A stretch of DNA of 64,000 bases from Vicugna vicugna (taxonomy: Eukaryota): positions 992,001 through 1,056,000 of the forward strand of contig MU057487.1 of NCBI GenBank assembly GCA_013265495.1. Reading direction: 5' to 3'. The notes beneath the pieces are model-generated. The model was not told the DNA's origin. It searched no databases and saw only the letters and a list, made by a program, of their open reading frames with translations. Made by a program: the position numbers and the translations under genes. Shown here one piece after another: positions 23,461-36,790 of this stretch (its first letter is position 1; each line of letters begins with the position of its first letter).

Positions 23461-25924
23461 TCCCCTTAGACTGTAAACTATATAGTTTGATTCACCGTTA
23501 TTCTCAGTTGTTAAGCAATTCTTCTTAACTATCTTTTTCTCCACAGTCCCTTAATATACCTGACCCTAATGCCCCACCTTTCAGGACCACAGTAAACAGA
23601 CCTGTCAATTCAGGTCATCTGTTTCCAACTCAGCCTCATACACCAGGAGAGTCCAAGACAAGAGGAAGGTTGCTTGGGAGTTAAAAGAGGGAGGAAAAAA
23701 AGCAGTTTCCAATTCAAATTTTATTAGCAATGTAAGTTTATAAATCAAGAAAAATAAAAATTCACTTAACCTTTCCTTTGTATTGATCAAAAAAGTACAA
23801 GCATTTTGATATATTTTACTGAAAATCCACAGAGTATTTTAGATATTTTATGATTATTAGAGGATTTGTTGGCTAGCCTGGTCCAAAACAACGTTGTTCT
23901 AGAGAACAGAACAAAAGAGAAATTCCCTAACTTCTCATTTATAATAAACTATAAGAGACGCACGAGGTTCAGATGGCGTCTCCTGGAATTTTCACCAAGA
24001 ACACGGTGCAAGCTTTAATTCCTTCTGAACCTTCTACGTGTCGCACATTGTTCTTCTCCCTGACTGTTCGACCTGTAACATTTGCCTCTTGCTTCAATCA
24101 TCTTCCCTGTATGCATGCTTACAAACGTACATGTTCTAGTACAGCCTCACAAGCAAACGTATGTATGGTTTCCAGGAGCCTTAGAAAAAGAAATTAAACA
24201 ATGAACTCATCTAAGTTTTCCAGCATATCAGCAGATACCAAACTACCTTTATTTTCTATGAAACTTGATAAAACTGAATAATTAGGGTGCTACATTTATT
24301 CAGCTACCAGTAATAACAGCTTTTTCAGTCTACTCCAGATAACTGAAACTCACAACAACATACGGAATTCATTCAGTATTCATCCTTTTCTCTCTTGGCA
24401 CCTAAAAATAGGTCAAACTTCTTACTCAGAAGTCCAAAGTCACTTTACCTATACACGTCGTGTTCTTTTCAAGAAATGGATTGGAGTAAATCAGATACCT
24501 CTTGGATAAAGCACTCGAACTAATTCCAATGGAAAATACAGGGCTGCATAAGTCTGCTGTGAGGCACAGGATGAAGGACCAACCATGAAAACAGGCAGAT
24601 ACTGACTGAGCCCTTCTGTGTGATGTGTATGTTTTCAAGTGTATTGATCTCAACCTTAGCCCCTTTTAAATGGTTAGTTTCTCAATCTCAGCACCTCCAC
24701 CTCTCTGGACTCAGACTCCCACTTGGACCCTGGACTTGAGACTTAGACTTTGAAGGGTGCACTGCAAGTGCTGAAGGACCATCCCAGTTTCTCTGTACAT
24801 TCCCCTGGCAGCTCTTACAGTAGCATCAGGAAACCTAGTCCCATCTCAGAGAAGTCATCACTAGGGATTCCACCAGGGGTCTCAGGACTGAAACACGCCC
24901 CTCGTGTTGCTGAGGGGTCTTTGCAAACACTGTTGCTGAAACTATCCGTATAAGAACTGAAGTTCTTACTCACCCACAGTATCACAGGGTCCAAGACCGA
25001 AAAAGCTGCCTCCACCACGCAGGCATCAGACTGAGGCTGTAAATGCCCAATGGTCACTAGATCCTTAATTTCAACTCGGTCCTCTTCAAAATTCTCCTTT
25101 CCAAAGCCTTTGAAATGTCTTATTTTTCCTAATTTCAAGTGGCAATCATTCTATAACTGGCCATAATTTAATTTATATGTAAATGAAATTATAATTTCAT
25201 TTTCATTTATGCTTCAATTGAAGCTAGAAAAAGTCACTATTTCTGGCTTATTAAAAACTAAAAGATTGAGTCTTCTTAAGTAGACCAAAGATGGGATTCT
25301 AAATTATATTTATACTTTTCAATTTAGTTACCTAATTATATTAAATTAGACTTGGGACATTTTCTAAAATGTCTAGAGTTTTCTGACTCAGCAGATTTTT
25401 AGTTCACTTTCTTATTAAGAGCTTATGAATGTGTGGTCTCACATTTTCTTTTTTCTGATCCTACATTGAAATCATAGTCATCACACATTTTCTTGGCAAT
25501 TTCAGGAGACACCTGCTCCTTTTAAGACAGTCTTCTTGAATGTAAAGTTTACCTGAACTTCATGGAGTCACTTACCCCTTATGATTGCTTTATTGATATT
25601 TAAAATAATTTTAAAAGTTCTTATTTTCCCTGGATCTTTGTCACAGAACATTCTCATTCCTCTGGCGTGGTATCACAGTAAAAGTTGACAAAACTTGGAA
25701 TGACATAGACACTTCAACATACAGGGTCATGCAATTAAAATAATGTATAACATTGATTAATTAAACAAATAAACACTCAGGAACATATAATTAAGTATCC
25801 TTTTTATGCACTGAATCCATTCAAAATAGATGAGTTTAATGCTACTTATAACCAGTCTAAGGTTTTAGAACTTTTAAAATAAGTAAAAAAAAATGCAGAA
25901 ATTCAGGTGGGTCTTATAAATAAT

Positions 25925-26305
25925 AAAAACTAATATTTATACAGTTTTTTTTGATGTGCTGAACACTCTATGTATAGGGGTCCATTTAATCTTTACAACT
26001 TGCAGTTAGATGCAGGCAGACATATTCACAGAACCAGTGGAGTGAGCTGGAGGCCGATTATTCTACTCCATTTTGTATAAGGGATTTGAGTATTCCCTGA
26101 TTTGGGTGTCTGCAAAGAATCCCAGAACTAATCTCAGATACCAAGGGGTGCCTGTGCTATTGTCATCGTTTCACAGATGAAGAAGCTAAGACACGGGAAG
26201 GTTAAGTGACTTACCCAAAGTCACACAACTCCAGTGACAGAGTCTCAATCCAAACTCATGCCACCTGACTCCAAACCCATGTTTTTGACCCAGTACGCAA
26301 TACCA
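25925..26305 (-). mobile_element. MIR SINE split by a DNA transposon
   Basis: CATTTAATCTTTACAAC before the insert; TTTCACAGATGAAGAAGCTAAG…GGTTAAGTGACTTACCCAAAGTCACACA after it. Confidence 0.8.
26013..26154. mobile_element. Short Tigger-family MITE (MER2/Tigger3-like end)
   Basis: CCATTTTGTATAAGGGATTTGAGTATTCC…GATACCAAGGGGTGCCTG; termini CAGGCA…TGCCTG. Confidence 0.65.
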
Positions 26306-26494
26306 TCCCTCAACTCTTATTCGCAGGCAGTTTCCATTCCAGTATTAGCCAAGAGCCCAACCTTGCTAAACTCTATTGTCAGATGAGTCATGACTAATTC
26401 ACATAGCTACGCAGGATGGAATGCACAGTCTTGCAATGATATTCAGAGCTCCTTCTTGGCCCAAAAGTAACTGCCATGCAGAAGGTCCTGATTT

Positions 26495-26585
26495 ACAAGT
26501 GCAGGATTTAGCATATAAAAATATAAGAGGCTCAATTACATTTGAATTTTAAGTAAACACAATTTTTTTAATATAAATATGTTCA
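26495..26585 (+). mobile_element. MER53-like hAT fragment
   Basis: GATTTAGCATATAAAAATATAAGAGGCTCAATTACATTTGAATTT. Confidence 0.6.
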
Positions 26586-27864
26586 GGCCTCTGATATGGT
26601 TATATTTCTATAACCCCCTTTCCCCCTAGCAAACCAGCTCCCCTGGGATAGCAACTCCCAGTGCCTAAGCCATGTGGCTTAATGGACTGAAGTACAGGGC
26701 AACTCCCTGTCCAAAAAGATTTCATCCATCTCTTAATATTTCAGTTGAAGCCTAAGTCACAGAAGGTAAGGTCTTTGGATTCCAAAGCATCAGCAAAAAT
26801 TATCACAAACTCCTAAGCATCATTCTTACTCCCACCATACTCCGGGTCCCCAATTCTTGGTGCAGTGAAACATTCAAAACATCATATATTGAAAAGAATG
26901 TCTTTCTCATTCTGTTGCTTTCTGTATAGTTTCAGTCATAAGATATAAACAGCAGATGGACATGGTCTTTTAACATCTGAGGACAGAATTCAGTCCTGGA
27001 TGCTGTGTATCTGATAGCCTTAAACTCTACACTGGGGATCAGGCCAAAATGCACAGTTTCATGTAAATTAATTACTGGGTGAGCTTCCCATTACTGAGTT
27101 CACAGTGGTCTTGAAAAATATTGTCCTTCCAGGTATGCCAAGTCAAAATCATGCAAAGTGCTATTTAATTGATGCATTGAGCTTAACAGCAGCCAACTCC
27201 ATTATATTAGCCCTGTGTTGATCACATCAGCAACTGGTCGATAAATAACTTGTTGACTGATTGACTGAAGGGATATTGGAAAGGTACCAGGTGATTCTCT
27301 TTGCTATATGACAAGATGTCCTTTGCAAGGGTAAACTCAGCAGGGTAACAGAGAGCAATTGGGGGAGCTGCTGAAAATTATTCATGAGAGCAAAAAAAGA
27401 AGAGAAACACGTTATCTGCATTCTCTGCTGGTTGTATAAGCATTGGAAATGGAGTCATCACAGCATTAAGAACAGAGAAAACAGCACAGGATTGAGAGGA
27501 GGCTTGGCTTTTGGTAATCTGCCAATAACCCTGTGAAAGGCCATGGAAAAGTTCATTTACATTCTCTCTGGAAGTTTGGTTAAATGTTTTCTAAGGTCTG
27601 GCCTATTCTTTAATTTTATTATTTTTCTTCTGATTCAGGTTTATATTCATTTAAGCATCAAGAAATCTTAGCTTTCTGCCGCTTCTCACATATTGATTTG
27701 CTGCTTTTATTCCTCAACTTTCTAAGCAGATTCCACACTTGGAAACTGTAATGTCAATTTCTTATGAATATTCCTACTTCTAAGGGAGTTCAGCTAGCTA
27801 GATTAATCAGGACAGATCAATCAGTCCTTATAGCCATTGATTCTTTTAATTCAATGAATGCTGA

Positions 27865-28190
27865 AATTTAGTCAGTAAATATTTAGTATTTATTAAGAAC
27901 TGACTACATATTATGCAGTAAACCAGGTGCTGGTGAGAAGGTGCCTACTCTCAAAGAGCTTATAGTCTAGGTAGAGAAATAGAAATGTAAACGAAATTTC
28001 AACAAATCATGGTACAAGCTGTAATAAGTGTTTACAAAGAGCCGTGGTAGGCTGGAGGGAGGGGAACATCTCGCATACGAGTCAATCAGAGAAGTCATGC
28101 ACAGAGCAAGGACCGCTTGAGCTGAACTTTGAAAGATGAGGTTGTCAGACAGAAAAGCGAAAAGAGGCATTCCGGGCAGAAAACATAAGG
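27865..28190 (-). mobile_element. L2 3' fragment
   Basis: GTATTTATTAAG…CCTACTCTCAAAGAGCTTATAGTCTAG…TTGAGCTGAACTTTGAAAGATGAG…GGCATTCCGGGCAG. Confidence 0.8.
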
Positions 28191-28499
28191 TTATTCTTCA
28201 ATAATATGCACAGCTGATAAAGGCTTGAGAGGAAAGGGAGTTGGGGCGGCCAAAGAGGCCATGTTTGATAGCTAAAAAGTCTCAGACTGAAGAGAGAAAT
28301 GAAGAATCAAAGTAGAAGAAAATTTTTAATGTATTTATGTATGTTTGTGGGGAGAGCAAGAACATGAACCCCTGCCCTATAGAGAAATCTCACTAAACAG
28401 CACAGAGAACACCACAATCTTCTATAAACCAGTCTTTGGAGCAAGAGATTTAGTTGTAGTATCAAACAATGATTCGGTACTGAGTTTCGATTTTCCTTA

Positions 28500-28770
28500 A
28501 CACTACGTCTTCACAAGGCTTACTTCTCCTTGACCCTCAAGCTAAAGTTACCCTTCCTTCCCAGCAAGTCCTCTCACCATATGACCCCATCAATTACAAC
28601 TTGTAAGAGCACTGTCTATTCATCTATTTATTTGCTATGGACATGAAAAAAAATATGGTTCCTTCCACAGATGCTATTATTTGAGATGGTGTTTCTGTTC
28701 TTGAGTCAAGAATTAATTTCCTGTGTGCTCCCAACCTGACAGTGCCTAGCACTGTGTCTGGCATATCAAA
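28500..28770 (+). mobile_element. L2 3' fragment
   Basis: CAGTGCCTAGCACTGTGTCTGGCATA preceded by an L2-like pyrimidine-rich body. Confidence 0.55.
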
Positions 28771-30374
28771 GCCAAAAAATCCAATTTTGACATCTTGGAG
28801 CAGAAACTCTATTTTCCCCTTCTATTGCACTAACCTTCACAACATCTCATATGCCCAGGGGCCTTGTGACCCTTCAGTAAATAGTGGTGAAATTGGTTAT
28901 TTCATATTTGTACTACATTTTGTATTTTAAAAATCCCTGAGGTTAGCTCCTAAGTCCTAATGAAACCTGTTTCTCTCTCTCCTAGAATAAGTTAAGGTGC
29001 TCAAATAGAAACAGATTGGGGGTGGGGGAGATATAATTAGAAATCAGCAAAAAATGGTAGCTTTCCTATTTGTACTGCATGGTTCCTTTCATTGAGCATA
29101 ATGCAGGAGCTTCAGGATAATAGGTAACATGGTCATCAATTTTAATTTTGCCAGCCTTTCATTTGACTATTGCTGCCATTCCCATCCAAATCATCAAAGA
29201 GTGCTGCCAGGATGATAATCACAGCCACCAGATCTCTCCCCTGTAATAGCACTGAATCTGATCAACCTATTTTCTTTGCAATGTGGGATCACACATAGAG
29301 AGCTATTGCACTCACTCTGATAATCATCCTTCTCCAAAAGCACAGATTTTAGAAGTAGTAATTACAAATTACATATTCTGCATATAACACATTAATATAA
29401 TAATTAGTAATATTAATATAACTCACTTCAGATAAATATTAGGTTCTATTCCACATTTAAATGGTTATAGCACGCTGGATTGAATACGCCTGCCTCTACT
29501 CAGTTAAAGAAGAGTTTACATCTCAATTGAGGACATAAGAAAAGAAAGCATTCTCAGACTTGGCCATTTCACCAAAAGATTTCTCTCTGATCTTTAAATA
29601 TTTCACCTTAAAAATAACTGACCCAAGTACATATAAATGCTAGGAGTCCCCTTCTGTCCTCTAATGTTGTATTTTGCACATTTTTACTACACACAAGCCA
29701 AGTTTATGCAGGAATCAGTAGTCAGTGCTAGAATTCATGAATAAATGTTATTCCAGTTGGTATTTTAGTTCAAAGGAGATGCTTTTAACACAAATTTATA
29801 TGGGCAGATTTGCCGAATTATCAGCTTCAGTGGATGTTGATAGTCTAAAAGTTCAGGTGAGATGCCCCAAGAAATAAAAAGGCACAGCATTTTTAAAATT
29901 AGGCGGGTAGTTATTTCCATCTCTTTAAAATCTGAAAAAAATCACGTAGTGCCTGATTGCAACTTTATCATCTGATAAATGTCTTCCCCTGGGATAATAA
30001 AATATGTAAGTGACTTCCCCGGTGATACCAATGAAGTTATGGATGAAAACTGTGCAAACTGTGAGTTCTTGGTTTCCTACAATAAATTCAGAGCTAAATA
30101 GACAAAATTTCTATTTCAGCATCCTTGGAGGCTTAAATCCACTTCACTCATTATTTCTAGGTTATGTTCTTTTCACCTAATTCTACCATTCATATAATTC
30201 GTATAGGCCCCTTAAAATAAACATACATATTGCATCATCTATGCCTCTGAAATGAATTTATTGCTGGGATTTACTGTATTTAATGACAGCATAAAATCCT
30301 CATCTAAATTCATAGTTCATGAATATAATTCACACTATATGCTATACAGTTCAAATCTTTTTAAACACTCTCAG

Positions 30375-30406
<32 letters not shown>
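30375..30406. repeat. (CA)n microsatellite
   Basis: Directly visible. Confidence 0.95.
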
Positions 30407-30635
30407 TATGAGATTATAAATGATGGCATACTGCATGGTAGGTAATTATTTTCTAAATAATCAGTGTCCAGTAATATTCTCATAAGTTATGGTGTTTACA
30501 ACTAAAGGAAGATTATTGTAATTGCAATACTCACAACATCAAGTTAACAATGGCATGAGTCCCCAACTGACATGGAAGGCCAACAAGCAAGGAATGCTTA
30601 TTCTGGCCTAGAACAGTGCCTGAATTAAATATATA

Positions 30636-30699
30636 TTTTTAAAACAAATGTACATATATATTTTTAAACATATATATATATATACATTTGTTTTAAAAA
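30636..30699. repeat. AT-rich inverted repeat (17-bp perfect arms, extendable to 25 bp with one mismatch)
   Basis: TTTTTAAAACAAATGTA (30636-30652) and TACATTTGTTTTAAAAA (30683-30699) surround a (TA)n core. Confidence 0.9.
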
Positions 30700-33600
30700 A
30701 TGAATAAATAAACTCTCTGTAAATATTAAGTGGGAAGTAACTTCTTCCTTTTTAAATTCTTTTGTAGTAAAGCAATGTAGAAGAGGATATATTTTGGTTC
30801 AAGAGAAAACATACATTTGACTTACATACATTTGATACAGAAACAGCATCCAGATGGGCAGGATTTTAAAGTGAATATTTCCCCCTAATAGGAGACTCTA
30901 TAATTACCTAAATGCTGAAAAGTCACAGTGATTTACAGTTTCTGGAAAGCCTTACATGCAGCAAGGTGTGGTAACCAAGGAGATCAGTGTGTAGGGACTG
31001 ACCCAAAGGGCAGAAGTGAATTCAGGTGAGCACATTGAACACAAACTATCTTTGGAACGTGTGTCGAAGGGTGATGTGCTTACCTGCTCAGATCTAATGA
31101 CCGCAGTCATTTTTCTGGTTGAAGATATACAGCCTAATGTAACAGCTTGTGGAGAACAGCATGCCATGTGCCTGGTTCATGGAAAAATACAGTCTTCCAC
31201 AAAGTGTTAACACTTGGCCAGCTACCCACAGGATCCAGTGTTATGGTAACGTCACCATTTTCTCTCTTATGCTGAAAACGTCTGAGTTCTACAGCTTTTA
31301 TTTTTGTGTGTGATCAATATGAAAACAGGATGATGGAAACATGTGACACATTCTAACAAAACAACTTCTTAGCTAAGTAATGCATGACACACTACAAGGA
31401 ACTTGATTTTCCTGTTTATCCGGCTCACCCTTAGCCCGGCCTAACTCCAAAAGTCTAAGTGACGTTGACTCCTCATTTGGTCCAGGCTAACGCTATAATC
31501 TCACAGCCCCTAACCTTTTATCAGATCTGCTCCCAGGGTCTCGCTGGGGGTTTTACTGTGCTAATAAGAAATTCTGGATGGATAGGATCCAGCTTTCAGA
31601 TTTTTTAATTAAATCAGAAGATGTCTGCTTGTGGACTCAAAATTTACATTTTATAACTGCTTAAGCATCCCACAACATCTTGGAACATGAAGATAGATAT
31701 ACAGGGAAAAAAGAAAGATAATAAGAAAAAGAAAAACTAAATTAGAAAAAAAAAATCCAGAGACTTCACACTATGGGGGTTTTTCCATCTTCCAGGCTAT
31801 TTTTACTTGCTAACTCTGCCATTTATCCATGGGTGTCGTGTGGCTCTCTGCCGGGTGAGTTACACAGTGCGAGTCCCACTGTCAGCTCCAGCTTCACCTT
31901 TCCCTCTCAACTACAGCCAGAAAGGTGTCACTGGGAAAAGCGGAAATACTGCATGTGAAGGTCAAAAAGGAAAGTACTAACTGGAACATCTAGCCTAGGG
32001 GGAAGGAAGGCTAAAGAGAAGGCATGTAACGGTATTCAGACCAGTACAAGGTGCTGCCAGGTCTGCTGATCTGTTTTCAGTTAAGACTGAACTAAACAGA
32101 AACCTAAAGATGTCACTGACTGAAGGAACTTTAGAGTTTATCTGGCCCAACATCCTCACTTTAAAGCTAAGACATTTATGGTTGCAAAATAACCCTTTGA
32201 GGCTAAAAAACTGAACTTGACCATCCACATCTATCTTGCAAAGGAGATTGATGCACTGAGGACATGGTCAAACTAACACTTTATAAATCTGTTTTCCATT
32301 ATGCAAGATGATTTCAGGTGGGACAAAGGCAGAAGTATATTTTCATAATTATATATTTCCTTCTTCTATATATATACTTAAAAATAGAATCAGCACAGCA
32401 ATTTCATAGTGTATAATTTCCTGTAGGTGAAAATAAACAAATCCCATGATGGTGCCAAAGAGAAATTGCTCTTTTGGAAACATGGCCCAGTATTTGTCCT
32501 TGATCTTCACTGCACCATCTCAGCCACTTCCTTAGAAGTGGAAGGGGGCCAAGGTGGAGGCAAATTGGAGCTTCTTTGAGATGCCAACCATGAGGAAGGT
32601 TTCTCTAATGTCAGAGATCTTTCTTTTTAAGGGAAATTAGGTTACTCATTGAGGTTATGAGAATTCCTCTGGATGTATCCCTGGCAATGATTAAATCCAA
32701 CCTTCCTTGACATTCTGAGACATTTGATGGATTCTTCACATTGTTTCTATCCATCATTGTCTGTTACTATTGAGAAAATGTGAAAAATTATCATGCTGCC
32801 AAAACAATAACAATATATTTAATGCCCGGCATGCCTCATGCAGCAGACAAATCAGTGTAAGCTGAAACCTCACATGAGATAATCCTTACTTCTTATCACA
32901 AGTTTGGGGTTAAGTAGCAGTGAAACAAGAAAGGATAAACACACCTGAGAAAAATCTCGGTTGGGGTCAGGGATTTTTATCATTATTATTTCTATAAACC
33001 ATGTGGACTGACACTCCCCCTAAATCAATACGAGTGTTAAAGGACAGTATTCCAACATTGACCCCAGCCTCTCTGTAGTTAAAATGGATGAAGAATGGGT
33101 GCACCTATTCTTTTGTTTCTTTTACCAAAAGCTAAGCTTGGTCTAGATACAGATTGTTGGGATATGTTTGTAGACGTGGTTCTCTAAGAAAGTCAGCTGG
33201 ACTGACTGTTTCCTACCACTGAGCTTGGAAAGAAACTGGGTAGTAGCTTTGTACCGCTCCACTTTAGGAGAGGTGAACGTCTGGACCACAGTCTCAAACT
33301 GATCTCCTTCCAGTGAAGAGATGTGATGGTGACATCATACCTAAGATTCCTGCCCATGAATTCTTTCCTCTACCAAGCTAAATGAATCAATATTGAAAGA
33401 ACAATCGTACTTGGTTATTGATTTTCATAAATGGCTACAGGACTTTGAGTTTTGCAAGCCTGAGAGATTCGTGACAGGACTCAGGAGATCTCCAGCTACC
33501 CTCAGAAGATGACCAGAATCCAAAAGTTCCTGCTTAGTCACTTCTCAAGAACAGCAGTTGCCTTCTAAGATTTATTCCAAGTCTCCTGGCAGAAGATACA

Positions 33601-34008
33601 CAGTCGTGATTTCTTTTAAAATTAGTTTTAGGCCACTAAATATAATTTACACCAAAGTTCTCAGGCCAATTACTCCTGGAAAGTTTCCTGTTACTAAGAC
33701 AATGTGTCAAATGCCTTGTGGAATAATGACACAATTGACCTGTCAAAATACACCTTTTATGAGCAGAAGATGTAAATTATTAATGATTTAGATTTAACTG
33801 ACTTTCTTATTACTAGCTCCTCCCCTCTTTATTAATATGAGACACAGGACAACTTAGGATCCTATGAAGTCAATAAAGGGCTTTGCATCTTTTGAAGAAG
33901 TAGGTCACGTCAAAACTTTCAGTAGAGTTAGCATAACCGATTCTTGGATAAGAAGCAACAAAATTATAAGTGAAACAAAAAGATTCCAGAATTAACCTAG
34001 TGCCACAA

Positions 34009-34050
34009 ATATATATATATTTATACACAAATATATATATATGTGTGTAT

Positions 34051-34082
<32 letters not shown>
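34009..34082. repeat. Compound (TA)n/(TG)n/(CA)n microsatellite
   Basis: Directly visible. Confidence 0.95.
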
Positions 34083-34544
34083 GTTTATTATTAGGCAAAA
34101 TTCATCAATAACATTTTGTGATCATGCAAATTATAAAGGCAAAACCAGAGACATTATTAAGTACATACTTTTCTCATTTTTCTTTGTACAATAATCTCTA
34201 AATTACAACATTAGTAGTAAATCAGGCTAACCAGCATCCTCACCAAAATAATAAGCATCGGTTGAACTGAAGAATTTTCTGTTTATGACTCACTGTGCCT
34301 GTTTTTAAGTATTTGGAAACACAAAATGTTGTTTGCAATGTCATCATCTGATCCAGATATTATATGAATCTTCTAAGTTAGATTATCCAGCCATGTAATC
34401 GAAATTTGTTTTACTTTACATTTTAGCTCATCTTTGGTTTCTTTGATTTGATGCCAGTTGACATAATTATGAACGTTGTCTTCAACTGTGTATATGAATT
34501 TTGTATATTGGGATCTCACCTCTGAACTTTTAATTACCAGAATA

Positions 34545-35210
34545 TCCCACTATTTAATTCTCTCATCTTGTAGCTTTAAACACCTACCCTATGCTGCTGA
34601 CTGGGAGATTTATATGTCCAGCCCAGCCCTCCTTGACACAGACCTGTGTGCAATTGTCCACTTCACATCTCCACCTTGACATATATCAGACATCACAAAC
34701 TTACTATGACTAAAACAAATGGCTGAATTTCACCATCCTGCTCTGTCCCATGTCTTCTCCATCTCCATCCTTCCAAAGTCTTTGCCCCAAATCAACAGTT
34801 TCATCTTTGAATCCTCTCTTTCCTTCACATCCCACATTCAAACTAGAAGCAAATTCTATTCATTCTACCTTCAAAATAGCTCCAGAGTCTGGGAACTTCT
34901 CACCACATATACTGTTGCCAAGCTAATTCAAGCTTCCATTATCTCTGCCTGGATTATTGGGATAGCCTCCCGGATGGGACTTTTCTTTAATCCTTATGTT
35001 TCATACTTTTTTCTCAGCATACAATAGTCAGACTGATCCTTTTAAAAGTTAAGTCATACCATGCTCTTCTTCGCCTCAAATGCTCTAATTATTTTCCATG
35101 TCATTCAAACTAATGGCCAAAAATCCCAACGTGACTTACAAGGTTCTACATGACCTATCCCCAACCCCTGCCCCCAATAGTTCTGACCTACGTCCTATTA
35201 CTCTCACCCT
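34545..35210 (+). mobile_element. L2 fragment
   Basis: CCTATGCTGCTGACTGGGAGATTTATATGTCCAGCCCAG…CTACCTTCAAAATAGCTCCAGA…GATCCTTTTAAAAGTTAAGTCA. Confidence 0.85.
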
Positions 35211-36499
35211 TGCTGGAATCCAGATATTTGGGCTATAAAAAGGAGAGAAGAGAGGAATGGATCAGAATCACAGATAAAGTGTTTAGATTCTATGGATTTT
35301 TTTCCCCCCAAAAGATTTTTGCATGGCTCACTTATGATGACAGGGAGAAGCTTGGTTATAGAGAAGCAGCACAGCTCCTGGCCATAGCCACTGTGCACTC
35401 ATTGCCCCCTCCCAAGGCAAAGGCCGTGTCTCTTTCATCTTTTGCATTGATGAATGCTAATGCAGTACCTAACATATAATAAGAAAACTAAAAATGTTCG
35501 ATATGTGCCAAATTGCTGCAGTTGCATACAGTTCTTTCAATAATTTTGGCAAGTAGTCTTTTGAAAAATATCATGAAACGCATCTTTATCAATTAATGGT
35601 GTCCTATACTCAATATCCATCACTTCAACATTGCAACAGCCCTAACACTGTTAGCCTAGCAGTTCTTGGTAATGACAAGAACATCTAATGCCATGTGATG
35701 TGAGTAGTTGAGTGATCCCATTTCTAGGCTTCATTTCAAGGGTTTCTGAATGAGGAACTTTCTCAATATGGTCCTTCTTTGTGCAGAACCTACTCTCTGT
35801 GTCTTTGAATGTACAAGTAGTTTCTCAGTAAGACTTTCAAAGCCTAAATATCTAAATCTGACCAGAGAAATTTCCTAGAATTTGTTTCCTGTAAGCTACT
35901 GACCCGAAAGAGAACTTTTTTCTCCACATATTAAAAACATAATTTGTGTGAATAGCTACTCCTTTAATTTCTGTAACATGAAATTATGCAGGCTTACTGA
36001 CTAGAAACTTCTCCTGACGCATTTCAAATGTCAAACTGAGAAGCATATTAGGGAGTTTCAGCACGAAATCTCATATCCAGTATGACCTAGCATCAAGTCA
36101 TCTAAGAAATAATAGTAACGGAATAGTATTTGGAAATGTGGCACAGTTGTTGAAAAGCATAATCATCTACTCTGTTATCAGAACATAAAAATCTCTATAA
36201 ATTTTAGCCTTCAACCATGAATGAATGGTAATGGTTAATGGGATATCTTCAATGTTTCAGCAGTTCCAGAAAATGTCTCGGTCATAGTTCTTGTGTGGTC
36301 TGGATGTAGGCCCTAAAGACTGAAAGAACGTATGTTTTGTTTAGTTTCTTATTATTTTTCACATGCTACTAATTTATTTTCCTCCAGGTAAAGTAAATGA
36401 ACACCAGAAATCAAAATGACTAATCTTAAACTTTTCAAAAAGCCCTCAGAGTAGCCAGCTTTATCACAACATTCATCCACATCACCCCTCTGTTTCTAA

Positions 36500-36790
36500 T
36501 ACTTTTCCACCTTGTTCAGAGAATTCTTACATATTCCTCAAACATTATTTCAAGTGTCAATTACTGTCCTACCTCCTCTGAGGAAGCCCATCCCTTCCCC
36601 CCTCACCCCTGCAGTCTTCACTAGGGAATCATTTTCTCTTTCTCCTCTGAACTTACAGCATCTCTCATCGTATTCTGTCTATATCCTTCCTACTAGACTG
36701 TGACCATCTGGATGCCAGAACCATTTTTTAACCTTGCAAAGGATCATCAAGTGCAAAGCAAATAAAGTGTTAAACAATGTTTGAGAATTT
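36500..36790 (+). mobile_element. L2 3' fragment
   Basis: ACCTCCTCTGAGGAAGCC…CCTTCCTACTAGACTGTGA. Confidence 0.65.

Noticed and set aside
30809..30835. Short direct repeat ACATACATTTGA x2 (similar ones near 49670-49760 and 54822-54850)
   Set aside because: Ordinary slippage duplications with no array structure.
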